From NCBI GenBank assembly GCA_000165425.1, contig CT868485.1, positions 1 to 64,000 on the forward strand: a stretch of 64,000 nucleotides of DNA, written 5' to 3'. A model generated the notes under the pieces. It saw nothing but the letters and a program-made list of their open reading frames with translations, ran no database searches and was not told where the DNA came from. Position numbers and translations under genes: made by a program. Source of the DNA: Paramecium tetraurelia. Taxonomy: Eukaryota. This document shows, piece by piece, positions 53,501 through 64,000 of the stretch (positions within the stretch are counted from its first letter, which is position 1; every line of letters starts with the position of its first letter).

Positions 53501-56500
53501 TTGTTTAACTTGTGATTAATCAATAACCTTACCTTGTCCTGATATTTGCGGAGATGAAATTATAACAGGAATCGAAGAATGTGAAGATGGAAATAATATT
53601 TAATATGATGGATGTTTTAATTGTAAATATTAATGTTAACCTTAATGTACAAATTGCATAAAAGGATAATGTTTTGAGTGTTCTACTGCTGGTTGGCGAG
53701 TAGATACTACGGTTACACCTTGGTAATGTAACCATATTTGTGGAGATACGATAACAGTTGGAAGTGAATAATGTGATGATGGAAACTCTTCTGATACAGA
53801 TGGTTGCAAAAATTGTATGTATTTCTGTCGACTTGGTTGTTCTTCTTGTGATTATTCAACCAACAAATGCTTAAGTTGTTCTACACCTGGGTTTGCTCCT
53901 TATTCTTACTATTGTTAAAATATATGCGGAGATGGCATAGTCGCAATAGATCCTACTGGGTTTTTTACAGAGTAATGCGATGATGGCAATACTACTAATT
54001 ATGATGGTTGCAGTAGTTCTTGTGAATTTTAGTGTTAAAATTCATCTATTTGCACTAATTGCGTAAGTAGTAGATGTGAAACATGTGCTGTTGGATATGT
54101 TCTCTCGAGTCAAAAAATATGCATACCAATTTGTGGGGATTCCTTAATTGTAGCATTTGAATAATGTGAGAAATCGTTTATACTACCATACAAAGGTTGC
54201 TAAAATTGCTTAGCAAAATGTCAAAATTCTTGCCTCACTTGTGATAATTCTGGGCTTGGCTGTCTAGCATGTAAAACTGGTTACAACAGAATTGATTATT
54301 TATGTTATTCAAAATGTGGGGATGGAATAATAACATAAGATGAAGAATGTGATGATGATAATTTAGTAATTGGGGATGGATGTCATTTCTGTAAATATAG
54401 TTGCTAGGATTCATGTCTTTTTTGTCTTAAAGGAATCTGTTAAGATTGCTAAGAAGGTTATCAATTAGTAAAATCTAAATGCTACTCTATATGTGGAAGT
54501 GGCTTTTAATAATATAATAAACAATGTGATGTAGTAACTTCATTGCAAACTTATCAAAATTGCTAATCTTGTAAATTTACTTGTGATTCAAATTGCTTAT
54601 CATGTTAATTTGGTATTTGTTAGCAATGCAAAGATGGATATGAATTAGTGTCGAATAAATGGCTGTGTGTTAAATCTATATAATATAATTCTATTGTTGT
54701 TGAATACTGTAAAATCTAAATTGGGGATAGTTGTGATTAGTGTGAAGATTATGCCTACTTTGAAAAAGGTGAGTAAAAGTGCAGGTTAAAAGCAGCACCA
54801 TTAAGTTTTTGCCAGTATTAACTTAGATTATCTCCAGATTTATATTGTAGTTATTGTTTTGATTACTGTGAGTCTTGTAATGAAAATAATTGTCTAATTT
54901 GTTAAAAAGGCTATTATTTGGATGAAAACTATTCCTGTGTTTCTATTTGTGGAGATGGCATAATAGTTTAGGAGGAAGAATGCGATTATGGAAGTGAATA
55001 CTAAATAGATACTTGTTTAAATTGTAGCTTCTAATGTCCTCAATATTGTATGTCTTGTGTTTACGGTGTTTGTTATCATTGCTTAGTAGGATTTTATTTG
55101 AATAATTTGAGTAATTAATGTACTTCTGTTTGTGGTGATAAAATATTGGCGATTGATGAAGCTTGTGATTATGACAATTATGAAGGATATGTTGATTGTG
55201 CTTAGTGTTAATTTAAATGTCAAGATGAGTGTTTGGATTGTTAACTGGGAAAATGTATGTTATGTGAACTTCCTTTAATACTATCAAAAAGTAAGTGTGA
55301 AGAAATAAAATAATGTGAAGGTTTAGTAGGATTGTATTATGATAATGATAGTAATGATTGTCTACCATAATGTGGAGATGAAATTGTGGCAGGTAATGAA
55401 GATTGTGAAGATTTTAATAGTCTTCCTGGTGATGGATGTTACGAATGCAAATTTTAATGCTCAAAAGATTGTCAGGTGTGTTAAGATAGAGTATGCATTT
55501 AATGCATAACAGATTATTATTTAAATAATTATCAATGCTTGTTAGATAAAGCAAATGATAATCTTAATTCTAGCATTATCGAAGAACCTAAAGACAACGA
55601 TCCTGATCCTAACATAATCATAGAAACTTAAAATAATGGTACAAGTACTGATAGTACAAAATTAGAATAGAGTTTATGGAAAGATAATAAGATATGCCGA
55701 GGAGATGAATGCGTATATTCTAAAAAAGCCATCATGTAACTGACTTACATTAAATAATTATATGCTCTATAATATGTTGATATTACATTTGACTAAGAAG
55801 TAAAAATTCAGGATAATATAATAAAAGATCAAATGCTATTTAATATTAGCATCAAAGATTTAGATTCCAAGTATTATAATATTACTATTAATCCAATTTA
55901 ATATATTTCATTCGATCTCTAATATGCTTAGTATTAGGTTTAGATTGAGATATTATAACAACTTTCAATCAATCCTGTTCTCTTAATTGAGTTGAATCAA
56001 AAATTTGTTAACTCAAACAATTAAACAATTCTTAATCCTAATGAGTCAATCGTTCTATAACTACCGAAAATAATGTCTGAATCATCAAAATAGATATCTA
56101 ATTTAGCTTCATCATCGAACAAAGCCTTTATGATTGGAGCAATAACCATATGTGGAGTTTCTTTAATTTCTAGTTAAAGTTCCTTTGTTATTGAAACACT
56201 GAATCTTCTGTAATATTAATCATTCTTACGATTTATTAATGTAGATTATCCTGAAAACCTCTAAATATATTTTTAAGCTTAAGAGATGCTATCAATAACA
56301 TCATATATATAATATTTTCAAGCTGATGACTATTTAAACATAATAACAAGAAAAGAAAAATAGGTTAATCTAAGTGGAAAATTTCAATAATATAATGTAG
56401 AGGCTGATCTTTTTACTAATTTTTTACCTCAATTTATTTAAATTTTAGCATTACTACCACTACTGTATTTTGCCAGGAGTCTTTTTCTTTTATTCTTTAA

Positions 56501-57332
56501 ATTAGGCTAGTATATGAAATGTCTTGAATACCAAACAACCTATGAATCAAAGATTTTAATGGCAATCATTAATTTATTACTTAATTTCTAAAATCATGTC
56601 AATTAATTAACCAAATTAAGATATCTTTAAAATTATAATAAAATACTACAACCTATTTATGTTAACTCATGGGATTTGATATTTAAAGTTATTTTATAAC
56701 TTAATTATAATCGGGTTGACAATTTGAGAAGTATTTTAACTACTATTTTTGCAACTTCCATATTTTTGATGTGTATTTGCTTGTTATTGAAGTCGTTTAG
56801 TATATGTAGCAAACTTAAGGATTAAAATACTAAAGTAAATCAGTAAGTAAAATTCATAGCTTTAGATATTTCCAGAACTATGTTTTTCCACATCGTATTG
56901 ATAAAATTCTAAAGTTAATAAATTTTGCAATGGCTATTAATTTCTTTTAGCAATTTAAGCTAATTTTATTTAATTTACTAATATAAAATATGTACCAAAT
57001 TCGATAGGATTATACTATTAACAATTGAAGGAGTTTTAACAGTATTTAGTTTAAGCTTATTTGTATATTTTGATTTTGGTTTGTTTTCTATCTCGTATGA
57101 AAATTAGGTGACTTTAGGCTTTATTTAAATGAATTTTTTGATAATGTGCCTTGGAATAGTATTTGCAAAGCAACTTTATCCTAAAGTAAAGTTAATTTTG
57201 AGCATGATCTGTAAACATGGAGAAGTATAAGCTGAAATAAAGGCTGATATAAATGCTGATGTATAAGCTGAAGTCAATGCTGAAATCAAAGCTAAAGTAA
57301 AGGCTGTTACAAGTAATAAGGTACCTTCTTGA
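50595..57332 (+). CDS. Giant Cys-rich surface/membrane protein: signal peptide, furin-like repeats, about 10 CGDG...EECDDGN (DUF4215-type) repeats, multi-TM C-terminus
   Basis: MLFQIFTFLFSQFVLLNSQW; CxxxCxxC repeats; ICGDxIxxxxExCxDxN...DGC repeats 53400-55450; multi-TM tail starting NLLQYQSFLRFINVDYPENL; several introns. Confidence 0.9.
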
Positions 57333-58049
57333 ATAAAAGATATATATTATTACTCAATTTTCACTAGCAATTCTCTTCTATATATTGAGTAAAAGATTGT
57401 TTATTTTTAAACTGATATTCCATTCTTTAGTAAATTTTGATTTTATTCAGTTGATCAGTATTTTCTTAAAATTGATATCATTTACTCTTACAATAAATTT
57501 AATTTGTTTTACGCAATATTTACTTAATTACTAAATAAGTATAATTTAAAATTAATTGAATTCAATAAAAAGAAGATTATATAAATATTTCAAGATCCAT
57601 TTATTAGGGAAACTAACAATAATGTCCTAATCTCTGTTGCTAGATTATATTTTATAGTTTTTCCTAAATAATATATATTTCTAGGTGAAATTGGAGAACA
57701 AAAAAAAATGGAAACCTCATCTTAAATGGGCAGATATTGAAGATGAGCAGCTCATTCCAAAATCTATCCAGCTATTTATAACAAATTAAAGTAATTATGC
57801 TGCAAACATGAAAAAAATGTTGAATACATCAGTAAGTTATGTCAGATAATTTATATTGAAGAGCTCTATTGGATATATTAAAGGCAATTAATGGATTGAG
57901 AAATAAAAAGAAGATAGAATTTGTGGATTCAGAAAAAAAATCAAATTTAATTAATTAAACTCAATTTGTAATTACTTATATAGTCTACTCTGAGTAATTT
58001 TATGTCCTCAAAGCTATTATTTTATCCTATATGAAAAATATTTAATTAT

Positions 58050-59772
58050 TCATTCCATTCTTTATGCAGCAGTATTATATTTAACAGTATTTTATTTAAA
58101 TTTGTTTTTATATCTATCAGATTCTTTATTAATTTATGGTTATGCTTGACTATTTTAATCTAGAGCAAACAAATTAACAGGAGCTTGACTAGTCATCATT
58201 GATGTTTATGAATTCTGTGCTGGTTGAGCTGAAAATAGATCAATGGTGCGTGGTTTATTTTGATCATCAGCTGAAAACGATCCTCCTCCCAAAGAGTTAG
58301 TTTAAAATAAGAATGCATTGTTATTATTCATTGTTTTTGATTGATTCAATCCAAATAAATCGTTAGAATATGATTAACTTTATTGAAAGGGTTGATTTTA
58401 AGTAAATGGTGATTGAGTTTAGAATGAGTTGGTTTGATTGAAAACATTCTAACTCATTTAGTTATTCATAAATGGACTTGAGGATGGTTAAATTTACTAA
58501 GAGAAAAAGTTTTCATTAGTAAACACACTTGGCTATGGTTGTGTCTAATTTTGGAATGGGAAGACAGCCTATTATGGTTATTATGGAATGAAGGGAGCCT
58601 GATATTGATTTTAAATTGGTTGTGATTGAAATAGATTAAATGTCGATTAATTTTAAGGTTGAATAGGTGTTTGACTTGTTAACCAAGGAGCACTAAAAAG
58701 AGGACTTTCAATGTTAGAGGTGAAGGGATTAACTTCAATGACAGATTGTTATGGTATTGGTTGTGGTAATGGTTCTGTTTTCTATTGAAGAACGGGTTCT
58801 TGTTTGACTTCTAAAGGTGGTTCTTACTTCTATTAAATAGGTGTCTGTTGTTGTTGTATTTATTCATCAGTAGGTTTAATTACATTTTCTTGTTGTTGGA
58901 CTTGTGTTTTTTATTGTTCTTCTTTGTTTATTATTTAAATTGGTGCTTCAATTTTAGGGTTGAATTCAAATTCTTATTTTTTAATTTGACAAAATTTGGA
59001 TAATGGCTATTTTTTTATTACTATTGATTCGGAAGCACTCTGGTTGTCCTCGTCATTTGGTTTAGTAGTGTTTTCTTGTTTCTGGACAGCCTATCTTCCT
59101 TTTTCATAAATGGGTTCTTCTTGATCATCGAAGAGAAAACTCTCAGCTCTTCGAATTGAGATTTAGGATGACTTTTTTTTTTTCTCTTCGATTAGGTGAT
59201 TGTCATTAATTACACTGATAGGTTTATCTTCCAAGTAGGAGAGAAACTGTTTTTTTTGAAAATTGATTGATGCTTGTTTTTCTCTAGATTAGGAGAGCAT
59301 TTAGGGATCATAAACTTAATTTTTAGTTGGTTTGGATGAAATTTTATAAATAGTGGGATTAGGGAAATCATTTATGGAACTCCATCTGTAAGAGGAGCAG
59401 TCTTGAGATTAATCGTCTCTCTTCCATCTTGGGTTGCATATTTTGTGATTGATTGCTTGTTTCTTAAAAGTTAATAGAATGCAAAATTACTTCATCTTCA
59501 TTAATTTAATATTGGATGGTTGGACATTTAGAGAAGTCAGTCCCTTTGACGATGGTTTTGTAATATTCGTTTAAGCGGATAAGCGATTTTTTATAGGGAT
59601 TGAGGCGTTCTTGCTTTTTTTCAATTTGAACAAATTTGTTTTTGATGATGCATTATGAGTTTGATGATTTAAGTTCTTGAGGAATGGATACCTAAGATGA
59701 TTAATCAATTTATGGACTAGCATTTAAGCCCAGGAATGATTTGAAGCTCTGTCTCATTCTTTCGAAAGACAT
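58050..59772 (-). CDS. Low-complexity protein with Phe-spaced Q/P/S/N-rich C-terminus and basic tail (possibly nucleoporin-like)
   Basis: MSFERMRQSFKSF...; C-terminal PFMNN, SPFTQ, QPFQQ, DLFGL, LGGGSFSADDQNKPR, DLFSA, NLFAL, RYKNKFK; two short introns near the 5' end. Confidence 0.65.
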
Positions 59773-59887
59773 TAAAATCAAATTTAAAATTATTCATTCA
59801 ATTTAATTATATTTATTTTAAGTTCAAATAAAAGTTATTTATAAATCCCAATGACAATGACTAATTAATTATTTAATTCAAATAGGA

Positions 59888-62240
59888 ATGACTAGTACAT
59901 GCGAACACATCAACGAATAACACATCACTTGGTCAGTCAAGGGATAAATGATATACAAGAATTAATGCACTCGTTGTTTTGTGGAAGCAAAGAGTGAAAA
60001 TGGCATATAAGTGTGTTTGAAATGTTTTAATGGAGGTTGCATTGAAATACACAGTCCGCAACACAGTTATTAACATAATCATTACATTGTTCTGAACATT
60101 AGATTATATGAGATTGAATAGCAAAAATAGAGTGTGGATGAAATTACTTAATAAGTTATAGAAGATATTCCATAACTGGACTTTGAAACAAGTGTGATAT
60201 GTTTGAAATGTCAGAAAATGTTGAATTCTCCTTAGTTGGATGGATTAATTTAATCAATTAAATAAACTAATGCTACTTCATTTGGATTAATAATAGATGA
60301 ATACACAATTTAACCATGTCAACATACCTTAACTATATAATAGAGACAGTTAGTTGTAAAAAATCTGTAGAAGTGCAGAAGATGTCGTTTATCTACTAAT
60401 TTATGGCTATGTTTACAGTGTGGACATGTTGGTTGTGGTAGAAAGATTTTCGATGGATCAGGAGGAAATAATCATGCAGTAGATCATTTTGTAGAACTTC
60501 AACATCATTTGGTTGTCAAATTGGGAACTATTACCTCAGATGGTTAAGCCGATGTATTTTGCTATAAATGTGATGATGCTGTGGTAGATAAACTTCTTAA
60601 AGAACATCTTGCTACTTATGGGATCGAAATAGAAAAATAAGTGAAAACTGAAAAAACCATGGCTGAATTAACTTAGGACAAAATTTTAGTATTGCAATTG
60701 AGCAAATTGATAGAAGAGGGGCAAGTATTGGATCCTATTTTTGGACCGGGATTTACAGGAATTGATAATATTGGAAATACATGTTATATGAATTCAGTGA
60801 TCTAAGTAATTTTTAGTATACATGAATTTAAATAACTATACTCTCTAGAACATTAATTCAATTGCACTAGTTTACCATACAACTGTGTATTATGTCAAAT
60901 ATGTAAGGTTAATCATGGTCTTAATAGTGGTGAATTTTCAATAAAGAAAGAATCGAAGAATGTACAAGGAACATTTAGAAATTTTTATTAGGATGGAATT
61001 AAACCATATGATTTCAAGCTGCTAGTAGCCTAAGGAAATTCAAACTTCCTCTTTAATCATTAATAAGATGCATAGGAATATTGGCAATTATTAAATTCAT
61101 TCTTTCAGAAAACTGAAAAACAATTTAAGTTACCATAATTATCTTCTATCTTCTCATATGATTAGACTACTATTTTAAAATGTGAGAATTGCGGGGGACA
61201 TAAAGTTAATGTAGTTAAAAATTAAGAGTTTAAAGTCCCTGTTGAATAACCTACTTAAGATTAAATTGATCTTTATCGTAAACAAGAGAAATAGAAATAT
61301 GAGGAGAGAATTAAAACAATGAAACCAGAGGATATTAAACCATTCTCATTAAAAGATATACCTGAGTATGTCACAACATTCGAAAGGTGTTTGCAACTAG
61401 TGAAAGAAGGAGAACGTGTAGACATAGTCTGTCCTTCATGTTAATCCCTGTAATCATTTATCAAATAAGAATACTTTAAGACTTTCCCTAAATATCTCTT
61501 TGTACCTGTTAACAGATTTGTCTAAGAGAATTGGGTTCCTAAGAAATTGAATGCATCAATAAAGATCAAGGAGATCTATGACTTTAGTGACTTCAAAGAA
61601 CCTGTGCTCTAAGACAAAGATGCAATAAAAGAGTAAACTGAATAGGAATACACAGAAGATACCTTACAAATTTTGATGGGAATGGGATTTGGTGAGAATA
61701 GATGCAAACGAGCACTCATCAAATTTAAGAATGATATTGAAGCTGCTATGATTTTTATTATGAAATCACTAGATGACCCAACTCAAGATCAACCATTGAA
61801 ATAGAAAGAACAAATAAATGAAAAATTCATTGAATAAATAGTTATAATGGGATTCAGTCATGACTAAGCCAGATTCGCTTTATCTAAGACAGTATTATAT
61901 TGTATCTAGATAAAAGGATAATGATTTGAAAAGAGCAATGGATTATATATTTAATCACGACTTAGAAGCTGAGATGAATCAGACACAAGCGAAGTAGTAA
62001 TAACAGAAGTAGGATCAATTTGATAATCAAACATCAAAATACTAATTGTTTGGTATCATCTTTCGTTTATATCCCTTAGCGTGTATAGTCCATTTAGGAA
62101 AATCTGTTCAAAGTGGACATTATGTGTCTTACATTAAAAAGAATGGAGAATGGATTCTGTACAATGATTCTAAGGTTGCCAAGATAGCTGATCCTGCTTT
62201 AAACAAGGGTTATATGTATATCTTCAAGAGACTAGATTGA
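59888..62240 (+). CDS. Ubiquitin C-terminal hydrolase USP5/USP13 (Ubp14-like): zf-UBP, USP core, two UBA domains
   Basis: NLWLCLQCGHVGCGR...GGNNHA, VKLGTIT, GPGFTGIDNIGNTCYMNSVIQ, QQDAQEY, WVPKKL, LMGMGF/MGFS UBA motifs, VHLGKSVQSGHYV, YNDSKV. Confidence 0.95.
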
Positions 62241-62287
62241 ATTAGTAATCTTGATATTTGTAATCATTTGCAATAAAATTTATTTTT

Positions 62288-63300
62288 ATGTATAATACTT
62301 CGTTCTACCTTGCATCCCCTCAACCAGCCTATATTCAGTCATCTTATTTTAGATATTATCAGCCACCAGTCAAAGTGATCATTAAGCCACCAAATTTCCA
62401 AATATAACAACCAGTATCATCATAAAATCTATGAAATAATAGCCAATTTCGACAACAAGAGTGTATCATACTTAACCAATCATCCCTCCTCGACATAGTA
62501 ATTCCATCCATCAATCCTACATAACAAGAACCATGGCACCACCAACCTAATAAATGCCTCTGAATACTTCCTATTAACAATAACCCTTTGTTAGATCATC
62601 CATTCCATATCAACCGTAGTCGTAGCAGTATTCAAAATCCTTTCATCAATAATAACCAGTTACTCCTTAGGTTTAATCGAGACAATCGAAACCAGCCCCA
62701 TAATCAAAGTCGAATTATTAAGCAGCTCCACAATATTAACACAAACCTCAATACTCTCAACCTCCGATCCTTTCCTAACAGGATGACGATCTGGAAAAGA
62801 AGTTCCAAGATGCAATCGATAGAACGAGGGATTTGGTTCAGAAGTACAATAAACCGTAACCAAAATAAGAGGAATAACAGTAACTCCAAGATTTGGCCTT
62901 GCAATACGAAGATGGGTACATTTATAGAGGTCAAGGATATGAACCAGCAACAAGAGAAGGATTTGGGGTTTTGAATGATCAAAATGACAATGAAGTATAC
63001 AGTGGCTATTGGCAAGACAACCAATACCATGGGCAAGGAAAACTGATTAACTATTCAGCAGAAGAAATCAATGGTCCTTTCGATTATAGAGATCTGAGTG
63101 TCATTGAGAATGGTTGGTTAAGTTACGAGGGAGAGTTCTATTAGGGCAAGATGCAAGGAAATGGAGCTTTGTATCTTACCAATGGAGAGCGCTATGAAGG
63201 GTAATTCAATGATGGCATGATCGAGGGCAAAGGAGTATTCATCACTCAAGACGGAGAATAAATTGAGGGAATTTGGAGAGAGGGTGTATTAGAAAATTGA
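62288..63300 (+). CDS. Q/P-rich N-terminus + MORN-repeat protein
   Basis: Intron 62414-62442; MORN repeats YSGYWQDNQYHGQG, YEGEFYQGKMQGNG, YEGQFNDGMIEGKG; TGA 63298-63300. Confidence 0.88.
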
Positions 63301-63363
63301 TTGATATAAAATTTAATAACTTAGTCATTGGTTAATAGTATAATTAATATTGATATTTAATTT

Positions 63364-64000
63364 ATGATTCAAGAATAAGAACACATTGTCACCTTAGTTT
63401 TAAATCAGTCTATTGAGATGGGAGAGTTTGCAATATAGGAAGCAATTCAACTATTTGAACTTTTTGGAATCCCATATTAGGAATTGCTCAAATTGTATTT
63501 CCCAATAAATTAGTTCCCAAAGAAATATGAAATTACATCTCAAACTCTCCCCAACTATCCTTTTGTAGATGTGTATCTGAAGGATCTGGATATAATACCC
63601 AAGGTTTTGAGTCGATCCCTTATGATTCATGACATCCTCTTCACAATCAGTAGAGCCAATACAATAGAGGAGTTACCTATGAATGTGTTACTATAAGCTA
63701 TGCCATACATCGAAAATTCCAATCTCTCATGTAAATGTGATATCATAACATCTTTTTTCAAAATTACTTAGGAGAAGAGAGTTGAATTGATGGAGTAAGT
63801 TTTTGGAGAGAAGGGATTTAATTGTCAAAATACTATTAATTTAACTGAACCCGACATTCTCTATTATTTAATGATCACTAAAGATCAGAAGTATATTGCT
63901 GGTTTCAACTTGGCAAAGAAGAAGAAAAGAAGAGAGAAGAACTTTGCAAGAATCTACGAATTGCCTAATCGAATTTATCTGGGTCCAGTTTCTCTGGCTC
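63364..64000 (+). CDS. TRM11-like tRNA m2G10 methyltransferase, 5' part (runs off the window)
   Basis: MIQEQEHIV...PFVDVYL...VLSRSLMIHDI...INLTEPD...YELPNRIYLGPVSL resembles the Trm11 THUMP region and YxLxxRxYxGxTS motif; the MTase domain lies outside the window. Confidence 0.7.

Noticed and set aside
57620..57960. Coding-like fragment on the + strand
   Set aside because: Interrupted frames and no identifiable domain.

Overview
AT-rich, gene-dense eukaryotic DNA that reads as a ciliate macronuclear chromosome, most likely Paramecium. Long reading frames only make sense with genetic code 6 (TAA/TAG = Gln, TGA the only stop), introns are about 21-30 nt GT...AG, and intergenic gaps can be under 20 nt. 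The supplied standard-code ORF track is therefore mostly fragments or antisense artefacts, so I re-translated by eye with code 6; boundaries are hand-derived. About 30 genes are visible. Recognisable ones: AAR2, an OSCA/TMEM63-like channel, two kinases, a nucleotide-sugar transporter, a RING-calpain, an ELG1/ATAD5-like RFC subunit, a Ulp1/SENP protease, RPS5, a WBP2-like protein, TOP1, a DNAAF1/ODA7-like LRR protein, a giant Cys-rich membrane protein, USP5/13, MORN proteins and a TRM11-like gene. Decayed genes include PRP4, an E(z)-like SET remnant and an RIIa+IQ gene. No mobile element, CRISPR array, rRNA, tRNA or telomeric repeat could be supported. Most notable: (i) an ATGA stop/start overlap fusing a 134-aa ORF to AAR2; (ii) a higher-order 72-bp coding repeat ahead of a midasin-like vWA domain; (iii) a tandem pair of 2-TM proteins with DEG/ENaC-like topology beside an OSCA channel; (iv) a pseudo-otubain/multi-RING gene near a dual-RING calpain; (v) the internally deleted E(z)-like remnant.
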